Below, in pieces: positions 24,898 through 36,303 of a stretch of 60,954 bases of DNA. The notes beneath the pieces were generated by a model. That model did not search any database and was not told the DNA's origin. It saw only the letters and a list, made by a program, of their open reading frames with translations. Position 1 is the stretch's first letter; every line of letters begins with the position of its first letter. The stretch is taken from positions 1 through 60,954 of the forward strand of contig JBFLGF010000194.1 of NCBI GenBank assembly GCA_050230475.1, read 5' to 3'. This DNA comes from Ancylonema sp. Taxonomy: Eukaryota. A program made the position numbers and the translations under genes.

Positions 24898-25236
24898 GGT
24901 AGAAGGGCTGATGGCGCGATTACCGCCAGGCTGACACGTGGCCAAGGTTATGCCCACGTGCCCAGTCACTCCAGGCTGTGTCGCAGGCCATTGTGGCATG
25001 GAATGGGATACACTAAATACTCGTTATAGGCTCACTCGTTATTGACATAGTCGCGTCATAGGCCCCAAAATATTGTTCGCCGACTTTTCCCCGCCAAATC
25101 GGCTTCATTATAGGCACTAGCACACCATGTTATAGGCACCAAAAAAAAGGCGATTCGCAGTGAGCCTCCCTCGGAGCTCTGATATGCAAATATTCACATA
25201 TATCACAGGGTGCCAGCTTTTCCTTGCGCACAGGCC

Positions 25237-27719
25237 ATGAGCCATGGCACTCATGCCCTGACGCTCATCATGAGCACCTTTGAGAGTCCGCATCTTCTTT
25301 CCGCTCTTTTCGCGACATTTGGTCTCGTATCAGCTGGAGTGATACTCTGGCACGTGTATCCCAGAAGTGCAATCAAGCGTGCCAGCAAGGGGAAGGACGT
25401 CAAGAAAGTTCGCGTTTTTCTTGATGGTTGCTTTGACGTCATGCATTACGGACACGCGAACGCTCTTCGCCAGGCGTAGGCTTTGGGTGACGAGCTTTTC
25501 GTCGGAGTGGTCGCAGATGACGAGATCAGAGCCAACAAAGGGCCTCCAGTCATGGCTATGGATGAGCGGTTAGTGCATTGACTGCTACAACGAATAACGG
25601 ATTATGCGGATATTCCACAGTGCCGTTAGAGAATTTTGGGAAATAGAAGACACATCATTTCAACTTGTTTCCTGGTGCTTTGGGGGGGGCAGCTTGACTC
25701 TTGTGGAATCCGTGAAGTGGGTGGATCTGGTTATCCCCGCCACCCCCTACTGCATCACCGAGGCCTTCATGAACCGTTTATTTAACGATTACGGCGTGGA
25801 TTACATCATCCACGGCGATGACCCCTGCATCCTTCCTGACGGCTCTGACGCCTATGCTTTAGCGAAGGCAGCTGGTCGCTACAAACAGATAAAGCGCACT
25901 GAAGGCGTTTCAAGCACAGACATCGTAGGCAGGCGCCTTCCTCCGGGACCATATTTTATATGTCCTCAAGAATTCTGCCTATCATTCAGAGTTGTTTCAA
26001 CCCATTTTGAAGCCCATGTGATCTCATATTCGACTGCTCCCTTTTGCCATCATATTGAAGGGAGTTCTAACCTACCAGGGTGTTTGATGTAGCGAGGTCA
26101 CTAACCAGCTAACCAGCCAACACCTCTGTGGGATGCCTAGGTCGAATGCTCCAATGTGTGAGCAGCGGACAGGTGGCAGGCAGCGATAATCTCCTTCCTC
26201 AGGTGGAAAGAACAGAGACCTCAGAGCAAATCTCGCACTTCCTCCCCACCTCTCGACGCATCGTGCAATTTTCCAACAACCAGGTCAAGCTTCCAACAAT
26301 AAGGATGACAGGATCGTTCCAATAGCTCCATAGCTCCATAAATCCATAGGACTATAGTTCATTCATGTTTTCTACATGCTGACATCAAGTCGTAAGCAAT
26401 GACTCACGAGCCAATCAGTGATTTTATTATTAACTCGCATACGGGGTATCCTTAACACAACATTTAGCGTGAAGGGTTGTGTGCCACGTGTCAATGTACT
26501 TGAGCACCATGTGTATACGTAAACGTATACGTATATGTGCAACATGGCAAAACGCGTAGTGTGTGCGCGTCCACCTTCATGTTTTCTTGGTCAAAGAGAA
26601 AGGAACATACAACATTTTTTTCTTCTAAGACCCTTCATTAAAGTACCCTCCACTTCAAACATCTCTCAAATATTGTTTCCGACGAATTCCGCAGCACAGA
26701 GTCCCCCACCGGGCGCGCGTATCGTATACTGCGCGGGCGCCTTTGACCTCTTCCATGCGGGCCATGTGGAGGTATGCCACTAACGAGTAGAAAGAAAAGT
26801 GGGGTCCACAACTTATTTCAAAATGGGGGAATGGGGGATGGGGGATGGGGGGTGGGGTTCCTGGGCAGACTTTAAAGGAGGCCCGAGCTCTCGGAGACTT
26901 TCTTCTTGTGGGCCTCCTCACCGACGCCACCGTGAGGTACCCATTGGTACCCAATGGTCACCATGGTTGCTAAAGGGGGTTGGGGGTTGGTTCGTGACAC
27001 CAGCTCTCGTCGTGGATCGAATCACCCCATCATGACCCTCCACGAGCGTGCACTTAGTGTGATGTCATGCCGCTATGTGGACGAGGTCATCATAGGAGCA
27101 CCGGGAGTTGTGACCCAAGATATGGTCGGTGCGGATGGCAGAAATATGGGATGACATGATCAAATTTATCAACAATGGTTGCGTTGTTGGCTTGTGCAGT
27201 TGACAACGTTCAACATCTCGATCGTGGTCCACGGCTCTGTAGCAGAATCCAATCCGCTCGAAAGTGTGAGAATCGGATACTCGTAATCCGGTCGAGTCTA
27301 GCCTTGCCTGGTGATGACAAGTGGCACATGAATGCATGGGTGTGACAGGAGAGGGTAGATCCCTACGCTGTTCCCCGATCGGCTGGCCTCCTCAGAATTA
27401 TTGAGAGCAAACACACCATTACTGGCTCCGTCATAATGAAACGAATCGCAGCCAATCGCGAAGCCTACGTGGTACGAATATCTCATCTTGATGTGACGCA
27501 GGGCTGACCAGGGTGGAGAGTACAATTGTACCACCTTTCGTATTTGCAAAAACAAAAAGGCCATCTTTCCTGGGATTTGTCGGATTTTGTAGAATCAAAT
27601 CTAGAAAGTCTTTAAGGCGTCCTAACGCTTGTTGTGCGCTTGTTTTGCAGGCGAGAAACAAGAAGAAGGTGGCAAGTGAGAACAAGTACTACGAGAACAA
27701 AGAATTTGTAGCCGACTAG
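25237..27719 (+). CDS. PECT1: Ethanolamine-phosphate cytidylyltransferase (multi-exon) with an in-frame TAG at 25477-25479
   Basis: N-terminal hydrophobic anchor and two cytidylyltransferase domains: DGCFDVMHYGHANALRQA*ALGDEL..NKGPPVM, VKWVD, IIHGDDPC, IKRTEGVSSTDIVGRML, SHFLPTSRRIVQFS, GAFDLFHAGHVE, HERALSVMSCRYVDEVIIGAP; ends YYENKEFVAD*. Confidence 0.9.
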
Positions 27720-28064
27720 TATGCCACGCGCATTTGTTGTTCTCTCCGCATTTTTGCAAATACTATTTTGTGCATTGTTAGCTTGGCATCGAGGTTTTTA
27801 AGTCACTCATTTATGGTTTTTGGAGTCACTCACAACTTCGATTCTTCATACGACCGAATGCGAAAAATGGGAGAATGACATATGCTTGATATTGGGCGCC
27901 TTTCCAAAAAAAAAAAAAAAACATGGCTTATATGTGATTTCGCGCTACAGATGTCCAAACTTTCGGAAATCAAAATCTTCAGAATGGGATTGAAAAACGA
28001 GTTCGTTGGAAAACATATGGAACATCTAGTAGCTCATATTCTTAAAAGTGAGATCTTGCAGTAA

Positions 28065-28529
28065 GAGCATGTTTTATCGGCGAGCACTTCGAGTATCACT
28101 TTGACGCGATACCCACAGGTTAACCTCGAGTTGTGCAGAGTATCACTTCGAGGCGATAAGGCGTATATAATAAAAGTGATACCCAATCGTGTTCCGTATC
28201 GCAGCAAGTTTTTTCAGGAGTATCACTCCGAAGGATCATATGCGCGCGAAAAAGACACGTCACGTCACACTCCCTTCGAAAATTGCAGCGACGTCTACAC
28301 GCGACAAAAATGAAGCAGAAGGCTCCACGCCGACAGCAACGAGTGTCACAATTGTGAAACGAGTATCACTTTGTGATACCCAAATCAGAGTTGTGATACG
28401 GCGCTCAGAGCGTATCACTTCGCGAAATCTAAAACGCCACGATGTGATACCCCGTAAAACTTGAAGGGATACTCAAAATCAGGCGCAAATTCAAGTGATA
28501 CTCGAAGCGCTCGCCGATAAAACATGCTC
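28065..28529. mobile_element. PIF/Harbinger (Tourist-like) MITE with ~37-bp TIRs and TAA target duplication
   Basis: taa|gagcatgttttatcggcgagcacttcgagtatcactt ... aagtgatactcgaagcgctcgccgataaaacatgctc|taa, one mismatch. Many internal gtatcact / agtgatac motifs. Confidence 0.92.
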
Positions 28530-29728
28530 TAAGTCAATGCATGTCATCTTAAGATGGGCAGGTATTGAAATCCCAAAAAAAGGGCTTGTTCATGCGCTTT
28601 TCCTACAAATGTACCTACAAACGTAGCTCTAGCTTCCAAATCGAGGACATCTTGTCATGGAGTTTTAAGGTCCGTTTTGTCAATTGATGCTATCGAATGT
28701 AACATTGATCCCTCACACAATTAGGAGAGACCGTTCCACTGCTCACGGAAAAGTATGAGCATCGAATGGCAAAGAGCGTGATGGATGTAAACACTTCTTT
28801 TGATTGTGACACTCTTGCTCATTAACAAAAGCAATGTTTAGGACGGTGGCGTTAGCAGTGTAGTGGAGTAAAAGCGTTGTTGCTCAATGAAATATCATAA
28901 CACAATTTCAAATGAGTAACTATCCACTATTCTTGATCCATACTCTGCCAAGATGATATTTTTCTAATGTTTTATGTTTCCAAAAGTCCATATGTTGTAA
29001 AGAGGTTGGGGTATATTGACCTTGTCCCATGTCATGCTTTTATTATTCGGTTGAGTAGAGCCTTAGAAGTAAAGGAGTAACAAGTGAGCACAAATATATT
29101 GCCTTGCCGTGATTTAAGTATTCAGAATCCAAGCAAACATTTACTATCTCATGAAGTTCTCACATGGAATGATGAGTACATGGCTTTAATTGGTGTGGTG
29201 GTTGTATTGAATACATCAACACGGATTTTAGCAACCAAGTTGTAGCCATCATGGTATAGGAAACTAAGGGGTAGATTAAATTCAGCTTTGGTAATCGCAT
29301 CTACTAGTTTGTATGTAGTGATGTGATCATTATTGAGCTCCATGCACAAATCCGTACACATGCAATATGGTTGAATGAATAAATGAACTCATATGAAAAC
29401 CTATCACTTCAGTGAACATTGTTGTCAGCCTGAAGCAGAATCTATGAGAATCTGTGCAATAATATCTCCATGTGCTCAAAATGTGCACTAAAACCGGGTA
29501 TTCTTTTTCATTATCCCCCCTACAGGATTTTTTCTTCTTCTTCGGTCTTCTTCATCCACGGTCTGGGAACCTGTGGATCCTGGGAACGGATCCAGGTTCT
29601 GGTCGCAACCTGGGCCTCCCTCTGCAGCTTAGAATCCTGTTGCCACCCGTGTATAAAAACATGTCTTGCCGCTTTGTAAACATCTGTCTTCCATGCCGCT
29701 TACAATTCAGGTATGTACAACCGATCAT

Positions 29729-30402
29729 CTAATCTTCGTAGGTTCGGCACTCGTCAGTTTCTGGGTTGTCAGCGCAGAAAGCTTCCAAGGGATCGCTAGC
29801 CTCCTTTGCACGGAGCTTGGCATGCGCAGCCTCTGCAGAGATCTCCTCGACCTCATCCCAAGCAGCGGCGCACTCTCCTGTGGAACCTGAATCGCAAACC
29901 TCCTTGGCTTCAGCAATCTTTTGACCGATGCCCTCATCAACCTGGGCGAAAGAGGTAGGAAGAATAAGTAACAAATATTGCTCTATCTATAGACAACGGC
30001 AACTTCATGACAGCAATAGAATGCTCTCATACATTCACGATTGATTCAGGGCGAAAAATGAATTGATCGATACTTCCCGTGCCTAAACCCAAGGACGGTG
30101 TCCTTGGCGCAAACAGACTTGCTACTTGAAGGAAACTCAATATCACCTTATGAACCATGGTCTATGATCAATCACTGACACATACCGTGACAAGGATTGA
30201 AGATACTGCTACGATAAGACTACCTGAAACAGTACGAGAGAAATACCTTGGGGCCAGCGGCTCGCACAGCGAAAGATGCCCGGAGGATAGGCCTCTGGAC
30301 AACAGCCTTCAACGACACGCGTCGTCCAACCACTTGAGACTGAGATGCCGTCAGTACACCAACCGGAGTCCCCACCATGAGCGAGCAAGCAATGGCTGCC
30401 AT
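29729..30402 (-). CDS. CP12: Calvin-cycle regulatory protein CP12, chloroplastic (2 exons)
   Basis: Transit-peptide exon MAAIACSLMVG...AVRAAGPK, then ..EVCDSGSTGECAAAWDEVEEISAEAAH..DPLEAFCADNPETDECRTYED* with the AWDEVEE motif and both Cys pairs. Confidence 0.96.
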
Positions 30403-30556
30403 TGTCCCTCAGCGTCAACTGTGTGTCTTCGTAAGATCGTGAATGACTATATGACTGTTTTCGGCTGATGAGATGTTCAGTTTTTTGCGCGGGCTCTGGA
30501 TTTCCGAGAACGCACAACGGTACGTTGCACGTTGTTGTCGTTGTACGTTCTTCATT

Positions 30557-30648
30557 GATTGTTCGATTGTTCGATTGTTCGATTGGTCGGTCGTTCGGTT
30601 GTTCGGTTGTTCGGTTGTTCGTTTGTTCGATTGTTCGATTGTTCGATT
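30557..30648. repeat. 8-bp tandem repeat (gattgttc/ggttgttc) x11 upstream of CP12
   Basis: Directly visible; about 155 bp upstream of the CP12 ATG. Confidence 0.95.
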
Positions 30649-32769
30649 CAGCCTCAACTTTTACTTGGGAACAATCCAAGGCTGTGTTACCTCCCCACGC
30701 ACCGCGCGCTCCACTTTCTTGGCCGGAATGGCGTATCGCTGTTAGCTTTATTCAATACGGTCAGTTTGGTGATAATGATCATTGCATGAGCTGTTGTGTG
30801 TCATTTTCATCGGCTGCCGTATTTCACAAATTCAAACAAACTCATTCCGCATTCCTCGATTAAGTCAAATAGCATGTATTTACATATTTTATGCTGCCGT
30901 CAGCCAAGTATTGGCAATACTCAGCCTAAACGTTGGATCAACTTTGGCGCCGGTGGCTTTCTTACCGAGAGGTTGGGCACTACGGTTGAAATTATCGAGA
31001 GACCATTGCATGCTAGGGACGGCGCGATACATTGGTTTAGACATGAAGAAGGAGGCCATAGACGGGCCATCACAACGGGAGTGGCCACGCAGAATGCGGA
31101 AGTATAGGAGCCTTGAGCATTAGCAGGCCAGCACCTAAATACATTCCGTTCAATCAAAGGTACTTGACCCGGAAACTTCACTCTTGGGGCAGTAAGGGGA
31201 CTGTTCGCCAACATAGAAAGGTGGTGCATACTGCGGCTAGAGAGGGAAAGCGCAAGTTGGGAAGACTGGATGAGAATGGAGCAGCCTGGGCGAACATCAC
31301 TTGGATGGGTGAGGTTAGCATGTCAAGGGGGGGCCAAGATGTGCATGCAAGGGAAAAACCACAAGTGGTGAGTGTTGTGGTGAGGGTTGTTGGGGGGGTT
31401 GTGGGTGGGGTTGTGGGGAGAGTACCATATTAGGCAAAAGCATGTTCGCACCTAGGAGGGTGGTTAGGAGGTCTCCATTATGGATGGACAGAAGGATCGA
31501 GGAAACCGCAGAAACGTAAGGTGAAACGTTGTGGTCATAGGGAGGTGTGTATCACAATGGAGGGTGCGTTAAAAGAATCGATGATCGATGATCAATGTCA
31601 CAGAGTAATCGGCGGAGTTGCACCAATGTTTGCATTGGTTAGCAGAGACAGAACATGCTGAAGAGCAGTTGCAGCTGAAAATCGGAAGCTAGAAAAGAAT
31701 CCTAGGTGGCCCTGGTCAGAAAGAATGGCATGGGAAAACGACCAATGCGTTGGATGCTGCCTTCTCGGAGGAGGTGGCACCCGGGGAGTGCGTCACTTGG
31801 GATGGTGGGGGGGGCACGAGATGCAGGAAAGCAGACAGTATGAACCATGGGTAAGGGCTGTGGAGTTCTGCCCAGATGGGTGGTGGCAAAAGGCTGGAGG
31901 GGCTATTGAGCGGTGCAGACTATGCGATGCGGGCCAGTCGGGTCGGGCAGCCTCAAGGGTATGCCCACCAACAGATGGGTCCTCTGAGGGGTCTGGGGCT
32001 GTAGCCAAGTCAGCAAGTCATGTTGAGAAGGCTGGGGGGGGCTAAGGTAGCCGTCAGGTCAATGAGGGCAGTTGGGACGGCTAGAGGGGCTGGGGGAGGA
32101 GCCATGTCAGCAACATTAGATGGGTCAGTTGGGGGCCCAGGGGTGGCAGCGAGGTCATCAGGGTTCGGATGGAAGGCTGGAGGGGCCAGGGGGGGAAACG
32201 GGGTCAGCAAGTGTGGATGTGGTGGTTGAGAGGGCTGGGGGAGAAGTCAGATGAGCAAACAACAATGGTGCGGCTTGGGAGGCTGGGAAAGCGGGCGAGT
32301 GAGGAGAATGAGTTGGGGGTGGTAGCGTACTTGCCAGGCTGGTGAGGGCTTGCTGGTAAAGGATCAAGGATGGGATGTTGGAGAAAGAGGTGGAGACCGA
32401 ATACGAGATCATGGACCTGTATCCAAGTATCCGATCGAGAGTTGCCACAGCCGGAGCTGCAGTGATTCTCTTATCCTTCACTGAGTGTATGGGAATGACA
32501 GAAATGATGTAACTAGTCTCTGCAGTCTCATACCGCAGGCCAGATGCCAGCCTACATTGGCATGTGCAACCGGGAGTGCCTTTCACTGCAGCATGCAGGG
32601 AGGGCTCTCATGCATATGAAGTAGCGGAGTGCAAGGTATCCAAGAAAAATGACCCTTTTTCACACACCACAGAACACAAACGGCAGTTGGGCGATGATGT
32701 TTTCCACCACTTCCGATCCATATCTCCAGATCTCTCCAGATCTCTCCAGATCTCATTCAGAGGTTGCCC

Positions 32770-35700
32770 TCAAGTGGGTCTGGGAGCCGTCCATCCGACT
32801 GGCGGCGGGTCGGTGTCATAAATAATTTCTCGATGGCAGGACCACACCAACTGGATGGCTTCAGGCGATCCTATGCCGGCCGCGCGGGGATCCCCTGCAG
32901 GCCCAAACCTGAAAACAGCAAACAGCAGGGGGGGGGGATCCGCGTGAACACACATACTCTGGCGGCCACCCTTTCATCCGACTCAGGTTCCAGAGTTCTG
33001 TTCTGTTGTCACCAATGGTTCTGCGGGGCTCCGGTCGTTCGCGCTCGCAGACCCGCGTACGTGGTCCCGTTGCAAGTGGAGCCCAGCATTCTCTGCATGA
33101 CACGTGGCGCGTCCACAGGAAGCCACGTCATCGGTGGCCTCCAGAGAGACGAGAGCTTGCGCAGTCAGCCTTTGCAAACGTTGTACAGAAAATGCAATTC
33201 TATCATGATGCTATGATGTCATGACGCATTCATTTCCTTCTCCTAACGTTCAGAAAGGGGATGTCGTTGGAGACAATGGCAGCTGTCAGGTGTGCGTGCA
33301 TGCGCTCAATAGCTTCCAGAACCAGCCCCTCTTGATGAGACTGGTATGAGGTGAGCACCTGTTGGGGGGGGGATGTGGAAGTGGATACGGATCAGGGCTG
33401 TAGGCACCCCTCAAAGTCCCCAAACGGTGCAGGAACCGGGGAGCACCTGCAGAGGTCCGAAGATTTCTGTTGTGGCCAGGTGAAAGGCCTCAGGTGTCCG
33501 TAACATCTCCTCCAGAGGCACAAACCCGGCGGTGGGTTCGATGGCCCCATACACTGCTGGGATGGAATGCTTCCCCCCCCTCAAAGGCACCCCACCGAAT
33601 TCCAACCGCGCCCCGGGGATGGCCATCAGCTTCTCCACGTGGGACAGCATTTTCTCTGTGGTCACCTGCGACCACCGCCCAGCGTCCGATGAGATGATTG
33701 TACGCCGTGGATTGCACACGCGAGCCAATGTTCTGATCGCTTACAGTGAGCACGGGCCCCACAGACAGGTCATCCAGAGTGCGTTGGGAGGCGAGATACT
33801 TGAGGCGGTCGACGAACCCATTTTTGACCCAATTGTGGTGCATGAAGAGCATGGACTGAGCGGAGCATTTCTGACCGCTGCATGCGTACGCGTCTTGGTC
33901 ACAAACCCACGCAACATACTCCATGCACCCCTCATCAGGTCCCAACACCTTCCAGTCGAACCCCGCATCTTCCACTTTGCACCTCCCCTGCAGAGCAGTC
34001 GCCAGGTGTCCCGCCACGCGGGAGCTACCCGTGACGAGTGTCATCCGCGGCTGCGCTTGCATCAGCAGGTCCTCCATGACCGGCCCCGTGCAGTTGATCA
34101 TATCCGCATCCGTGAGCGGCAGCCCGCATGCGTGCAGGAGGCGCAGGAACTGCTCGAGCACCACGGCCACTTTGGTGTCGGATTTCACGACGGGCTTGTT
34201 GCCCATGTACAGGGAGCTCAGGAGCTGGAGGGCCGGGATTTCGAGGGGGAAGTTGAAGGGCGTGATCAACGCCACCTGGACAGGGGCCACAGGTGACACC
34301 TGTCTACTCGTCAGTGGTCCCGTACCGGCTTCTCCATTATGGGGTCATGAGGCTACGGTGAGATTCTGGGATGACTTTTGGGTTTAGGGTATCCCTGTTA
34401 TGGTATGAGATGGAGAGAGAGAGGGAAGTGGCAGGGGTGGGGTGGGGTAACCGGAGTGCTGACCGGGCCATAGGGCCATCTGTATCCATTGCTCTGCTGC
34501 CCCGTGTGGTTGCCAGGGACTCCAAACGACCGCGCCAGAAACCGCACCTGGAAGCAACAGAGAAAGCACCTGAGGGAAGAAGACACGATTCTGCCAGCTG
34601 TCATTGGCCCGGGCCGCAGGAGCGAGCAGGTGGTCCCCACTTCTCCACACTGCCCTCACTCGCCTGGTCTCCCGAGAAGTTTTCCAGAAACTTCTGCGTG
34701 ACGGACACCTCTGCGTCCGCCTGGGCGGTGCTCTTAGGAGACACGCGCTGAATGAGGCGGCTGAAAAACGAGTGCACCTGCGTCCGAAACTCCGAAACTC
34801 CGAGATTCAGCAGGCAGCAGACAGCACCCCTTCCCGCTGATAAAGGACGGATCACAGGTGACAGGTGGCGCCGTCTCCTCACCTTCGGTCGTCTCATGGC
34901 TTCTGCGGCTCGAGCTGACACGGCCCCGTATTGGAGGTACCTGCACACACAACCGGAGGAGGTGAGCCTGCCAGGCCACACTGTCACATGCGCGAGGGGT
35001 GGAGGGGAGTGGACGACCTTTCAGGGTTTTTGAGGGGATTGTGGAGACCGGACTTGGTGCACTGCTGCAGGCTGTCGCTGACTGGGTGCAGCTCCTGGGT
35101 GGAAGTGTTGGGGCCTTTCAGGAAGGGGTCCCCGTTGAGGGGGTCGATAACAGTTTCGGACACGCGAGTGGTCTTCCATTGGCCACCCACTGCACCTCAC
35201 TGACACAAAAACTGTTGTTTTCTCCGGCTGTATGATTCAGCCGCTGGCTGTTTGATCTTGTGGTTAATCTCCATTTTCTGTCAACAGGGTCCATGTGCTG
35301 AATATGAGATGTGGAATGGAATCCATGGCAGGCATTTTGATTGTTGCCATGGGTTCTAGCACAGCATTGCTTTCAGAATGGCGACGATGATGGTGTCGAA
35401 TTCGACATTTTGCGTCAAAAGACTATGGATGGTGGTAAAAAATATGATGCCAGTGAGCTTCCTGATGCTCCCTTCCTGTCACTGCACGCCGGTCACCATT
35501 CCTTGTCTTGTTCACACTCCTGTTCGCTTTCCCCTCGTTGAATAAAGTGGAATGTATCATATCGTATCACAAACACGTATCACAAACATTATTACTAAGT
35601 TCCAGAATTGTGTGATTCCTAGAGGTTGAATGCAGCATGAAACCATACCGAGATTGTAAAATTCTCCCGGATTGGCTGCTGTCAGATTATCCGGATCCAA

Positions 35701-36303
35701 GGTGGCAAATGATAGGTCCGTGCTAAACCTGCACCATATTGGCCACTAGATTATGTGAAAACACCCGAGTTTTTTGAAAACACTCGAGCATTCTTTGCTT
35801 CCTGATGCTTCTTGATGGATAGCACAAACTCGTGCGAAGACACTATGTGGTTTTTTGGGCAGCGTGATAATGTCGGGACGAGTAAGGAAAAGGTGGCGAA
35901 AATTTCTTCTCACGACAAGAGTATGACATACTCGATTCACATGACTTTTTCAAATGAATACCTTGCTCCCGACATCTTATTCGTTTCAGAGGTCAAAAGA
36001 GGACTAACGGGATTTGTAATAGGCACTATGCTTTCGTACAGTGCCCTCAACAATACCAAACAACTCCTACATTATCGAACTTGGTAACTCTGTATCCGTG
36101 CCGCTTTCTCAATCACGCGTGGGTTAAAAAATAATGTACGCTTCTAGAATATACTCGTTAAATTTTGTCGTTCTCTCTCGTCAAGGTTATCACCTGGCAG
36201 CAAAGCCGCTCCGGACAGTGGCACAAAATTCACCGACCAGCTCAGTTGATGTGAGCCGATGCTCTCGGCTGCAGCGCATCACCTGGCGAGCGTTAAGTAG
36301 CAT
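32770..36303 (-). CDS. P5CDH: Mitochondrial delta-1-pyrroline-5-carboxylate dehydrogenase (ALDH12A1, multi-exon)
   Basis: Presequence exon from ATG 36303, then FATLDPDNL (35729-35649), KSGLHNPLKNPER, FLENFSGDQ|VRFLARSF, ITPFNFPLEIP, EDAGFDWK, AYACSGQKCSAQS, TTEIFGP, NGTTYAGLRARTTGAPQNHW|FGPAGDPR..LVWSCHREII. Confidence 0.94.

Noticed and set aside
30900..32700. Pro/Ser-rich minus-strand ORF fragments between CP12 and P5CDH
   Set aside because: Many stops and no identifiable domain; possibly a decayed retroelement ORF but unsupported.
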